Assembly: GCA_964270895.1 (NCBI GenBank) | Contig: OZ185443.1 | Source: Podarcis filfolensis | Lineage: Eukaryota | Strand: one strand, 5' to 3' | DNA: 64,000 nt | Part shown: positions 13,841 through 25,565 of the stretch, piece after piece | How positions within the stretch are numbered: position 1 is the first letter of the stretch | Layout: every line of letters begins with the position of its first letter | Translations under genes and position numbers: made by a program | The notes under the pieces: generated by a model | The model's input: only the letters and a program-made list of their open reading frames with translations | Databases searched by the model: none | Told to the model about the DNA's origin: nothing

Positions 13841-14015
13841 CCATATTGGCCTGAATATAACTCTCAGCTTTTCCCCAAATTCTGACCATGAAAAGTGACT
13901 TTTATGATATTGCTGCTGAAACAGACATATGGTAAAACGGAACGGGTGTGAGTGCCTGCAGAATTTTAAGGAAGTGGCTTATATTCAGGTGCGGCTTATA
14001 TTCAGGCCAATACGG
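13841..14015. mobile_element. Tc1/mariner-superfamily (Tc2/pogo-like) MITE, 175 bp
   Basis: 20-bp TIRs ccatattggcctgaatataa and ttatattcaggccaatacgg (1 mismatch). TA at 13839-13840, CA on the right. Tandem subterminal g(t/c)ggcttatattcagg repeats. Confidence 0.8.
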
Positions 14016-14317
14016 CAACTATGGTTTACCATGCTGTGTGGACACTGCTACTGTCATGACCATAGCTGCTGTTTTTCTCAGTGTAGATAGATTTCAAGGA
14101 GTGAGTAGTTGGATTGGACATCCTGTTGTGGTGTGGTTTGATCTGAGCTGTTGCTATTAATTTTCAAAACCATTGATATGCCTACTAATTACAGATATTT
14201 ATATTTTCCTGTAGCAGGCAATATTAAAGATGGAAGATAATTTGTATTGAACCTCAATTGCTATTGTTGCTGTAGTGTCTTAATAAAAAAGTCACCTTTA
14301 AAATTTTCTGTTTCTAG

Positions 14318-14523
14318 AGGTTCTGCACGAGCAAGGACCATGGCATATTTTGGAGAAGGAAAGGGCCCCATCCATGTGGACAATGTGAAATGTACAGGAA
14401 ATGAAAGATCTCTTGCTGACTGCATTAAACAGGATATTGGCAGACACAATTGTCGTCATAGTGAAGATGCGGGGGTGATCTGTGACTACCTTAGCAAGAA
14501 GGCACCTGCAAACAGTAATAAAG
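14318..14523 (+). CDS. PRSS12: Neurotrypsin exon, second half of last SRCR domain (GSARARTMAYFGEGKGPIHVDNVKCTGNERSLADCIKQDIGRHNCRHSEDAGVICDYLSKKAPANSNK)
   Basis: SRCR C-terminal motifs (FGEG.GPI..DNV.C.G.E.SL.DC, HSEDAGVIC). Junctions tttctag|A and G|gtgaag. 206 nt, phase 2 to 1. Confidence 0.97.
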
Positions 14524-14739
14524 GTGAAGTGGGTATTATATTGATTTCTTCAGTGCTTGCTGGAAGGAGGAAAAAATATATTGATGTGGATTGTGTGTGT
14601 TTTTTTTTTTAATAAAAAAGATACAGAAGTAGTGGGTCAGCCCTAGTAATGGCGTACGGAAAACAAGCCAACAATTGAAATAGTGCTCTGCTGTTTCCTG
14701 ATGGGAGACTCTAATGTCTATGATTTCATTCCTGCATAG

Positions 14740-14818
14740 ATTCTCTTTCTTCTGTGTGTGGTTTGAGGTTACTGCATCGTCGGCAGAAGCGGATCATTGG
14801 AGGGAAAAATTCTTTAAG
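14740..14818 (+). CDS. PRSS12: Neurotrypsin exon with zymogen activation site (DSLSSVCGLRLLHRRQKR/IIGGKNSLR)
   Basis: CG...RRQKR-IIGG, a basic furin-type site before the protease N-terminus. Junctions cctgcatag|A and AG|gtaaat. 79 nt, phase 1 to 2. Too short to appear in the ORF track. Confidence 0.97.
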
Positions 14819-14899
14819 GTAAATGGAGCAATTTTTTAAAAATGATACTTGGGCAAAAAGCTATTAGCTTGGATTCAAAGAACCAGAGTGTGAAAAGGC

Positions 14900-14975
14900 G
14901 AGGGCCTTAGCTCAGTCATAGGGCACATACCTTGCTTGCATGTCCCAGGCTCATTTATTGTCATTTCCAGGTGAG
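14900..14975 (+). mobile_element. Degenerate tRNA-derived SINE head
   Basis: gagggccttagctcagt...cttgcatgtcccagg..catttccaggt matches the family head seen in reverse at 7878 and 58890. Confidence 0.5.
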
Positions 14976-15142
14976 ATACAGTGACAATCTTGTTTGCAAC
15001 AAAACATGTAGCTCAAGAAGAGCTAGTTTTATTGGTTTACAATAGGAGAAAAGACTGCCGCTTGCCGAATAATGTATAAATGTAATCTTAATTCAGAATG
15101 TCACTTAACAAGTCTCATCAGTTAATGTCGCTGAACTATTGA

Positions 15143-15418
<276 letters not shown>

Positions 15419-15470
15419 TAGTATAGGAAGGAGACCAGTGCAAGGAAGACAAAGACCCCACTGACAGTTA

Positions 15471-15973
15471 CCGTATTTTTCACTCTATAGGATGCACCAG
15501 ACCATAGGATGCACCGGACCATAGGAGGGGTAGAGCAGGGGGGGGGAATTCTCCCCCTCTCTGCACAGCGCCCCTTCAGTGAAGCGGCAGGTGAAACGGA
15601 GCCCCTTCCATTTCTCCTCCCGCTTCGCTGAAGGGGCGCTGCGCAGCTCTCCCTCTCTTGCTCTCCCGGCTTCAGCAAAAGGAACCCGAAGCCTTTTGGA
15701 GTTCCCGCTGCGCTCCAAAGGCTTCAGGCGGCTATCCCTGAAGCCTGGAGAGCGAGAGGGGTCGGTGTGCACTGACCCCTCTCGCTCTCCAGGCTTCAGC
15801 GAATGCAACGCAAAGCCTCCGGAGCATTGAGGGAGTGCTCCCTCTGCACTTTGGAGGCTTCGCGTTGCTATCGCTGAAGCCAAGGAGCCTGCATTCGCTC
15901 CATAGGACGCACACACATTTCCCCTTAATTTTTGGAGGGGGGAAAAGTGCGTCCTATAGAGCGAAACATTCGG
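15471..15973. mobile_element. Tc2/pogo-like MITE (503 bp) with internal palindromes
   Basis: TIRs CCGTATTTTTCACTCTATAGGA and TCCTATAGAGCGAAACATTCGG, with TA on both sides (15469-70, 15974-75). 62-bp internal palindrome at 15738-15799. Same family as 30052-30685. Confidence 0.92.
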
Positions 15974-17990
15974 TAATTTGAGATTCAGCCAAGACCACTG
16001 CATGTCCGGCCATTCCAGGCCAGTGCAGAAAAATTAAATGGGTTCTTCAGTAAGGATTTGAATTTGCTCAGCAGCAACCCAGTGAGACAGAGTAAAGCAT
16101 GACCAGTGATCAAAACCAGGCTCAGTATTGTAGCTTAAATGAATCAATAATAATAAATGAATCAATAATTTTATTAGTGTTACAATGCTTCACTTAAGGC
16201 ATATAGAAAATATCATTTTGAAAATTGCAGAAAATTAACTAATTTTCAGCAGTGAAATACAGTAGGGAATAATACATAATAATGACACAATTCATTATAA
16301 TTTAATTAGTTCATAAACTAACAGTTGTAGTTACAAAGCAAGCAACCAGTTACATAGTGCAACAGAAACACCAGGTTCTCCAGGTACTAAGCATTTTGAA
16401 ATAAAGTTGATCATTGTCAGTCCAGGACAGTAAATCTGTATATTGTGCTTTTCAACTGGGCAAAAGCTTGTGACTGGCTGACTCAGTTACAAAGTCCATG
16501 GTAAGTTCAAGCAACTGATGAGTGGGCAGCCCTGTGGAGGATGGCGGAGCTCAGCATCCTGCCTTCTAAACAGATCCTGTTCTCAACCCGATTTAGATTT
16601 TGAAATTCCCTTAACAGTCAACAACATTGGGGTTAAAAAAAGAGTAATTGTTTTCTTGCTTCTAGTGCATATAAAGCTACCTTGTAGGTAACAAACGTGT
16701 CTACATTGGCCAGTAGGAATATCTAAAATGTATTTTAACATAGCCTCCCTTCCGCACCCACTCCCTGTCCAAATTCACAGAATCAGAAATAAAGTGGAAG
16801 TTCATGTAATAGTTTAAAATAACGTAAGCATAGATCATAGAATATGTGTGAAGTGGATCTACTGTACAAGCATGATATGTAGTCTAGATATCTTAAAAGC
16901 TTTGTTATAGTACAGCATCATTCAAGCTTGACTGAGATGAATAGAACTTCCTCTTAAAATGACGAAAAGTCACTAAATATGCTGAGTAAAGAGAGACAAA
17001 TTTAACAGCAAGTTCCTCTAGCTGCATTGCTATTGGATGAGCCTGAAGAGATATTACAACAGTGCAGGGATTCTTACAGTTTCTACCCTCGGGACCCACT
17101 TGAGAAAGTTGAGACTGTGGTCCAAGGGCTGAGCCAGTCGCAAAATGTTGGCAGATGCAGGAAAAGTTTGGCATAATCAGCTAGCAAGCACTGACACAAT
17201 TTTCTACCAATATCAAATTCATCTTTGGAAATTGTTAAGTTTCTTTCCCACAGCGTTTTTCTTTGCAATGAGTTCCATAGCTCAGCTCTTGCAACTTCCT
17301 GTAGGGCAATTGTGCGTTTCACAGTGATGGTTATTATCAGTCTGTCAGTGACTACTTAATACAAGCAGTCCTCAGAGGAGGCTGTATGCATGCATACAGT
17401 TGTGCTTATGTTTACAATAGTCTAAAGAGGGCTGTAAAAATTGGCTAAGGGACTGGTAACTTCAGCCAAATTGTTATCCTCTTAGTATATAATCTCACCC
17501 GCTGAAGAGGTGATGTGGGGAGTGGAATTCGGCAGGGAACCTAATCCGTTCCTGTATCAGGATGCTTTTTAAACTCCATTTATACATCTGCTCTGTGAAT
17601 AATCTGCTGCATGGTAGAGCAAGTACACATAAAACGCTCTGCAGCCTTTACTTTTCGGCTTTCTTCCTAAACCAGTGTGAGTTCACCGCAAAAGAACAAC
17701 TGTGCTATCTCTTATTTCCCAGCCTACACATGCGGTGCTGTTTCAGGACATTGCATTGACAGAAAGCACCTTAGCTAGGCCAGATACTGAAAAAGAACTA
17801 CAACGGATTTCTAGCACTGAGGAGCTCATGTAGGACCCATACTCTGAAGTTTCAAAATTCTGCAGCACTTAGGTCACACAATATTATTTGCATATTCTCA
17901 CACAAGAATACACACAAATGTCTCCTAATCTGTCCTAGTCATTTGTCACCCAAATTCTGCCAAATCATACAAAATATAATCTGTTCTATA

Positions 17991-18205
17991 CAACGGCATA
18001 GCTAGCCGCTAGGGCAGATGCAAGCTGCATGATGCCTTTGTGGGCAGCGCAGAGTTTGCAATGCAGTCTGCTCGCTGCCTCTCCCTCAGCTGTTTCGGGC
18101 AGTGCGAAGAGACGCATGACTCGGACACACTGCAGGCCCCATGGTGCCACTCCCCGTGGTGTGGCGCCCACTGTGCCTTGCCCCCCCCCCCCAGCTATGC
18201 CTCTG
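17991..18205. mobile_element. hAT-type MITE (215 bp)
   Basis: TIRs CAACGGCATAGCT and AGCTATGCCTCTG (11/13). Perfect 8-bp TSD GTTCTATA at 17983-17990 and 18206-18213. Confidence 0.88.
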
Positions 18206-19883
18206 GTTCTATATATCTGTATCCGAAATGCTGCCTCTATTTTACAGATTTTTCCAAACTGCAAACGGTAAATATACCTTTGCTTTATGGGAAACGATAG
18301 CCTAGTGGGGAATTTTTTATTGACTAGTGCAGGAAACAAAATCGGTTTACTTGTCCACATATAGGCAATTTCAATGAGAACTTTTTGCTGCATCATTAAG
18401 TACTGAAGCTTAATTCAGCTCTTCATGTATTCATTACTGTGAACAACTATCCTTCATTCTTCAAAGAAGATTGAAGCAAAGCCACAAGCATTGTCAGAAG
18501 GGAGACAAGCCACCTCTTTGCTGTGGGTGTCAGAACACATCATTTGTGACTAAGTTGTGACATTTTCGAATTAAGTCAAAGTATTCTATTGATTTCTCTC
18601 ATTCAGATGGTAGAGTTCCTACAAGTAAATTAATGTCAAGATTCTAGGCTGACAGGTCACTGGAAAACACATTTCCATAGTATTTGAAGCTTATTCACAC
18701 CACTATTGACATGAAATTATTTCTTAAATTGTAACAGCCAGCACAGAAACCTGAAATATACAATATAGTGAGATTCATTAATGTATGCCAATGAATATAA
18801 ATTCATAAATGTATGCCAATTCTCAAAATTGTCATTCCTATGTGAAAAAATAATTTTAGAACAACTTTCTAAATAGTGGGAGAGAACACTGAGAGTATCA
18901 GAAGTTAGAAATTTCATTGCAAATGAACTTAGGAAATGTGTTTTCCCTCCCTTCATATTGTATATCAGGAATACAAATCTCAAACTGGAAAATCAATTGT
19001 ATTGGGGCAGCAATGCTATTTTTACCTTTAGCTCAGCTGCTTAGATTAAGTCACAAGGACTCCCATGAATGATAGCCACAATTTAGATATATGCGAGTAT
19101 GCTGTGTGAAGGATTTTTATCTTTCTGAAATATCAATGATTCTATAAGTCCTTGCTGCCCTTCACACCATCCTGTGAGCGAACTGTATTTATGAACCTTT
19201 TTTTAAAGGTGTCAACATAATTTCTGAATCTCCTTTTTACTTAAAAAAACCATGCCTTTTTTTCAACTCAGAAGATAAATCCTGAAAACAATCTTCATTG
19301 ACCAGTTAGGAAAATGACACTATTTTTCCTATGGGAAAAACGTGTTAATGTTTTGTTTTTTTAAATATAGTATAATTAAATACAATTTTAAGTGGGAGTG
19401 GGTGTTCATGATAACAAGGGTCAATTTTTCCACATTGCACTTTTTATATTTAACATCAGCTGCATTTTTCCATTTGAATTTCCAGACAAAGGAAATACAG
19501 GGGGATTTGCAAGAGAACTATACAAAATATTAGTGTTGGAAAAGGGTTTTCTGTCACGTGCCCCCGTTGTTCTCTTCCTCAGTGCTAGATCACATCTAAA
19601 ACATGCAAACTCTTTAAAGCACATACAGTGATGTATTTATAATTGGAGTTCTTAATCCTGTAAAACGGTTTTCTTTAGTCAAAACAGACTGGACTGATTA
19701 AATAAATTGACCGTAGTTGACCAGGCTTCTGTGTTTACAGTAGCTGAAACTACTACTAAATTGTAGAGGCGCTTTTTGGCGGGGCGGGGATTTTACAAAA
19801 AGCTTGAATCTTTAATGAAACTTTCCCAGCGTCTTACCAGAGAAGATCAGTCCAAAGGTGATAGCTTATTTTCTTCTTCTTAG

Positions 19884-20164
19884 ATATGGCAATAATACTC
19901 GGAGCTATGTGGTGCGTGTTGGAGACTACCACACATTAGTGCCTGAGGAGTACGAGGAAGAAATTGGAGTACAAGAGATTGTGCAACACAAAGAATATAG
20001 GCCTGATAGCAGTGATTATGACATTGCGCTGGTGAGGCTGCAAGGACCCGAAGAGCAGTGTGCTCGCTTTAGCACCCATGTCTTGCCTGCTTGTTTGCCA
20101 CTCAGACGAGAGAGGCCACAGAAAACTGCTCCCAATTGTTACATCACTGGATGGGGTGACACAG
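19884..20164 (+). CDS. PRSS12: Neurotrypsin protease exon with catalytic Asp (YGNNTRSYVVRVGDYHTL...DYDIALVRL...VLPACLP...CYITGWGDT)
   Basis: DYDIALVRL, PACLP and CYITGWG motifs. Junctions ttcttag|A and G|gtaagg. 281 nt, phase 2 to 1. Confidence 0.98.
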
Positions 20165-20941
20165 GTAAGGATTGCTTTTACAGCACAAAATCATTTTTTC
20201 CTTACAATGGTAATGTGGGCTTCTTGTCATAACTCACCTACGGGATGAGATAAAAAAAATTAAAATTTTAGATTTAAACTTAAGTTTTGATCATTCAACA
20301 AGTGTACAAAATATGAAGAAAACTGGATGACATGAGGTAAAAAAAGTTGGATCACTTGATATGGAATGACCCAGCTAGTAAAAGCTTTTCAGACAGGTCT
20401 GTCTGGATTTTTGCTTGTTATACCAACTTTTGTTGTTCCTTAGATATGGCAGGTGCTAACTCTTCTATTCTAATGGTGCTCAATGTATTGCAGTGGATTG
20501 TCTAAAATTATTATGCTGTATCCCACCTTGGCAACTTCTGCTTTAAGGGAATTGCTTGCACAAATCTCAGAGTCAAGTATTCCCACACAGCATTTTAAAA
20601 TACTGCAAAAAGTTGCCTTCTATTGCTAGTGAGGTGGCTTGGGAGAGATAAATGAAAGGTATGGGTTCCATTGCGTCCACATACTTCTTTATTATAGTTT
20701 TTGTCCATTTTTTCCTATAGAAAGATGGCCAGAAATAACCTAATATATAGTTTTGCGGTATCTCCTTCCAAAAAAACCACCATTGTCCATCACGAAGACC
20801 CTCCTAATTAGTGTGAAAACAATGGTACATGGCAGTTGACTGGCGTAGAAATAACATGTCTGTAAGGAATGCGGAAGACTGCATTATTTCTAACACACAT
20901 TTCACTTTCAATATGTCAAAGCCAGTATTTTTCTTCCACAG

Positions 20942-21249
20942 GAAGAGCTTACTCAAGAACATTGCAACAAGCTGCCATCCCTCTGCTTCCTAAAAGAATC
21001 TGTGAAGAACGCTATCGGACAAGGTTCACAGGAAGGATGCTCTGTGCTGGTAGCCTCCAAGAGCAGAAGCGTGTGGACAGCTGCCAGGGAGACAGTGGTG
21101 GGCCACTCATGTGTGAACGCCCTGGAGAAAGTTGGGTTGTATATGGGGTGACCTCCTGGGGTTACGGCTGTGGAGTCAAAGACTCTCCAGGTGTCTATAC
21201 CAAAGTTTCCTCTTTTGTACCTTGGATAAGAAGTGTGACCAAACTATGA
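20942..21249 (+). CDS. PRSS12: Neurotrypsin terminal coding exon with catalytic Ser (GRAYSRTLQQAAIPLL...DSCQGDSGGPLMC...GVTSWGYGCG...PGVYTKV...IRSVTKL*)
   Basis: GDSGGP motif, S1 Asp in DSCQG (trypsin-like), PGVYTKV. Junction ttccacag|G, stop TGA at 21247-21249. The six exons join into one uninterrupted frame of about 379 aa. Confidence 0.98.
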
Positions 21250-21571
21250 CCATGATCGCATCACTGATCACTAACAGCAGTCAGTACAAAGCTGTACACA
21301 TTTTTCTGTGTATGCTTATTTTGTTGGATAATATGGTAGTTCATCTTAAAGTAATGTCGACTTACATTGAAACACAGGGGGAAGTAATATTTATTGTGTC
21401 CCCCTGATCAATGAAATCCCCAACGAATAGCACATTTAAATAATTGCACAAATAGTTCTCGATATACATATGAACATGACTTGTCCTATTTAAATGTGTA
21501 AAGTGGTAAAATATCAATGCGCAATATCCATATACAAGATTTTATGAGAATACACTTTTTAGACAGAGTAA

Positions 21572-22850
21572 AATAAAGCTTCACTGATTTACACTAATCA
21601 CACTGGCTTGTAATATATATAGCAGACAGGCCAAACTTTTTGTACTCATTTGTAAGAGCTTTTCTTTTTGTCTTTCTGCAAGGCTTCAGACACACTAGAT
21701 TGTGCTTACTACTAGCTTTCCATTAGATTTACATGACCTAGTACTAAGGCTTTCTTTTCAGACAATAAATCCTTCCATGATCCCTTTGCATGAGGCTATA
21801 GAAAAGATTTCATGACTCAAACCATACCATTATGTAGCACCCAGAATGGACTTTAAAGATACAAAGAATCAATTTTACTTCAACCAGAGTTTCAAGTTTA
21901 ATTATAAAATAGGAAACTGCATTATTTATGAACTGTAAGACTCTATTACCAATTTAAGTTTCTGTTCCAATTGAATTTTTAAAAATGTTTTTAAAGATAT
22001 AGCAATAACTGTCAAGAGGGTGATTGGTAGTTCTCAATCAACTGGTTATATACCGTACCTGTGAGATTGGTGTCTTTCCTTCACAAAATTCCTAATTGCA
22101 ATGTGTCGGCCTTTGGGTGCTTCCTAGTTATGATAGGTGTGCATTTATGTACTCAAGTGATGTTTCTACATGTATGGGTATGTTTTGTTGCATTTTTTTA
22201 CCTAATACCTCAGCATCATCTGAAAAACACATGGGTTTGAAAAGAACCCAGATGACTGGTTTATATGGGAAGAATGTCAATGCAATAAATATAAAAATCC
22301 CCAAGAAAAACATTTGGCCCTGTATGGCAAAGTATACAAATGTGGCAAAGAGCTGTGCCTAACTTAAACATAAATTTTGTGCTCTATATGGATACTTCTC
22401 CATTTATATAGCTTTCTGTAACTTTCACTTGGTACTTGATTTTATGTTAGGCAGCCTTCACCCTTATGAAACAAAGCTAATCTTTAATGAAATGTAAACT
22501 GCTAAATTGATTGTTTTTAATAAACAATAGCCACCTAAGTACAGGGGCTGGGAGAGGTCTTCTAAAAGTATGTTGGACATTCAAGGTGCTAGGCTATTTT
22601 CCCCTTTTCAAAACTATGCTGTATTAGTTAAATCTTTTTTACTAGAAATGTGATTTGAAAACTTCCTGAATTCAACATTTTGTTTTAAACTCGGCTGACT
22701 TTACTTATCAAGCAATTTCAGTATGTCTAAGCATTTAGCAGTACAGTACACTCAAAAACTTATCTAGAAAGTATGGTTTTCAATCTTATTGAAGTCTGTC
22801 ACAATTTTATATTTTGATCAAAGCCATAAAACGTAACTTGCACAATAAAA
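21572..22850 (+). terminator. PRSS12: Candidate PRSS12 polyadenylation signals (several AATAAA, near 21572, 21764, 22519, 22844)
   Basis: AATAAA hexamers downstream of the stop codon. Which one is used cannot be told from sequence. Confidence 0.4.
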
Positions 22851-23459
22851 CCTGCCATTTATTGAAGTCTTTGTTATAAGCTTAATCAAGTGAAGATTTC
22901 ACTTTTAAGATATAGATCTCAACGTGCACCTACATTTGTTTTAAGTGTCAAGTAGGCAAAAATCTCAAACATGCTTGTTTTGTCCTAGGAACAAGTAGCT
23001 AACTGTGGCCATCATTTCTCTGTATGCCCATTTGAAATCTCATTAACCTTTTGTCCTTTTATGCTTTTGATACAGCTCTTCTAATCTTCCCCACCCAAAT
23101 AAGGGAAGTCACCTATCAAACAAAAAACTAAACTTTTCATACGCTATTCTGTAATTTGTAAGGTTTTCACTTGGACACATGCAAAGATGCACGTCCTTGC
23201 TTCATCTTTTAGTGCTATTCCAAGTCACAACGGTATTTGTAGAAGAATGACGCTTTCAAAGTAATTTTAATTAAAACACAAGGTATGTGTTATGTACTGT
23301 GATTCTATCCCTTTAACGGGACCCAAGTATGTACAAGGTTGTAATTAACTTAAACTTCCGTAGCTTTGCCTTTGATGGGTACAAAAGGAAATGCAAGAGC
23401 TGCTATCAGGGCAAATCACAGATATCAAAGCCCACTTTTAATTTATGTAGCCCATAGTA

Positions 23460-23654
23460 CAGTGGTCCCTCGGGTTAAGAACTTAATTTGTTCTGGAGGT
23501 ATGTTCTTAACCTGAAGCACCACTTTAGCTAATGGGGCCTCCTGCTGCTGCACGATTTCTGTTCTCATCCTGAAGCGAAGTTCTTAACCCGAGGTAATAT
23601 TCCTGGGTTAGCGGAGTCTGTAACCTGAAGCGTATGTAACCCGAGGTACCACTG
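23460..23654. mobile_element. Tigger/pogo-like MITE (195 bp)
   Basis: TIRs CAGTGGTCCCTCGGGTTA and TAACCCGAGGTACCACTG (17/18), TA on both sides. Confidence 0.9.
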
Positions 23655-24372
23655 TATCTTGTGCTAACATTTCCCCATTTCAACACCACCACCACCCCCT
23701 TGTGGACAAATTGAAATGTATGTAACCTGTATGTAAATTACAGGCAATCCATTTCAACTCACAAGCCAGATAGACAAATCTGTCTTTTAGCTGCCTGGAG
23801 GCCACCTGCTCTATCAAAAATACTCCATCCTTACTTGATGTTATGCCTAGAACTCTTTCAAAACACTAGTGTGATGTTATCTCTCCTTTCATTCAAATTA
23901 ACACTCCAAACTCTGTTTCTACAGGGCAGCCAACATGGTGCCCTCCAAATATTACTCCAATATTCACCCCTGTCCATGCTGGCTAAGGCAGAGGGAAGAT
24001 CCATTCCCCCTTCTTTTCTCATATGTTAAATTTTAAATGGTAAAATTATTGGGGGGGGGGTGTGGAAAGGTCAAATGACAAATTGTGCATGGAAGATTAC
24101 AGAGTACATGAGGTGAGGCCCCTGTCCCAAGGAAGTAAGTGGAGACAGATAAAAGGAGAAAACATTCAACTGTTTGTAGGCTCTGTTACACTATGGCACA
24201 GGAATGGTTTTTTTCAAATGACTTCAATGAAAAGTGCCTTTGAGATTCCTATTTTGTAAAGCACCACACACACTGATGCATTTGCAACACCTACTTAAGT
24301 TTTTGTGATCAGCCAGGTTAAAACCAAGCAACTGAATTGGGAAAACAGTAAATAATTGCAAACCATTTTAAT

Positions 24373-24378
24373 TTTATT
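24373..24378 (-). terminator. Poly(A) signal of snoRNA host gene
   Basis: AATAAA on the minus strand, followed about 20 nt later by CA and a GU/U-rich tract. Confidence 0.6.
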
Positions 24379-24975
24379 GTATCAAAACCACAACATAAGG
24401 CAATATATACACATAAAAATACAAACTGAGGAGGCACTTTCCTCAATTTACTCCACAGCATTTAAAGTGCCTTTACAAAGCAAACAAATCTTATACATTA
24501 ATTTCAATTATTTAAACTGCATTCACTTGTAATATTTACAGCTTACAATAGCTTTGTTTCAGGCACTAAAGTTATTTATGTTTTCATTGCTGTAACACTG
24601 TTGAGAACAAAAATTTCATGACTACCCCGTTAACACACTTTTAGCAGAAGCACGTGCCACTTCCACTGCCCATCTTCAAACTCAAGAGTAGCAAGCACAT
24701 ATATCCTGCAAAAAGGAAAAAAAGGATGCTAAGTTTTATAGCCCATCAAGATTTTGTTATCGCAACTCATTTTTCAAGATGAAAGAAATTATTAAGTTAG
24801 ACTGTTTATGTATAAAAGTAATTTAGTGCAATCAAGTTGTATTTAAATATTTTTCCGCAAATAGCACTGCAAAAGACTAAGCAGCTGGTCAAATGCCACA
24901 CTCCCAAGGATACTAATTAAAGATGTCATGCATGCCTTCTTAGTTATCAGCTCTAATTTCAAACGCACTTTCACA

Positions 24976-25111
24976 GAATGTGCTGGTTCTGAAGAGGGCT
25001 TTTGGAGTAACATTGGAAGAGTGACCTTGAGACTCGCTTGTAAGAGCATAATTCCAATTTAAAACCCAAAGCAGTTCAGTTAGAAGAGGAAGGAGCCTCC
25101 CCAACAGAACC
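24976..25111 (-). ncRNA. Candidate second intronic structured RNA (H/ACA-like, unidentified)
   Basis: About 136 nt ending CAGCACATTC (ACA 3 nt from the putative end). Closing helix GGTTCTG/CAGAACC, inner helices CTTTGGG/TCCAAAAG and ATTGGAA/TTCCAAT. No clear H box. Confidence 0.35.
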
Positions 25112-25430
25112 TTAACTACCGAAAACAGTAAGTTCAAGGAGGCTCAATACGACCGGTTTTTAGGCCACAAGGTCACCCCAAAGCAAGGCCCTTTAGTAAG
25201 GCGTGTGCAAACGGACTCTTACTCAATATTATCCTTGAAGCTTTCAGCACTTTGCAACAATTACCAAAAAAATCTTAATCTCACAACTGTGGGTAGCTTC
25301 AAAGCAGGCCACATTTGTACATTGACAAGGGGCAGATGGGACAACTCTTTTTATGAAGGCGATTCCCCCACCCCATTCCAGGCGACGATCCCTCAGCGCG
25401 GGCCGAGAAGGCCTCCCCCTCCCGGAGGAA

Positions 25431-25565
25431 CACTGTTACTTGCCCTAGTCAGAGTCTCGCCCCAATTAAATGGTGCGAGCTATGCCAAGGGGCAAGGTGA
25501 CCGTTTGCTCTACCATGGATAGGAAGGGATGCTGCCACGCTGGCAGGTCCCATGGAAGCATGGAG
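25431..25565 (-). ncRNA. SNORA24: H/ACA box snoRNA SNORA24 (ACA24)
   Basis: Minus strand CTCCATG..GGGACCTG.CA..GTGGCAG..TCCCTTCCTA.CCATGG.AGAGCA..CCTTG..TTGGCA.AGCT..CACCATTTAATTGG..CTGACT..CAAGTAACA is collinear with remembered human SNORA24. H box AGAGCA (25511-25506), ACA at 25436-25434, two hairpins, 135 nt. Confidence 0.93.

Noticed and set aside
14900-14975. tRNA-like sequences here and at 5670, 7878, 47946 and 59083
   Set aside because: No complete cloverleaf. Each continues into a SINE body or is degenerate, so they are SINE heads rather than tRNA genes.
16136-16172. Short tandem duplications (aatgaatcaataa x2; also acttatgagaatta x2 near 43388 and caaactgtgtgtga x2 near 44609)
   Set aside because: Two-unit slippage duplications without spacers. 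Ordinary, and not CRISPR-like arrays.
24890-24915. Minus-strand gtatccttgggagtgtggca resembles pieces of the human SNORA24 5' hairpin
   Set aside because: Short and non-collinear, with no H or ACA context. The true orthologue is at 25431-25565.
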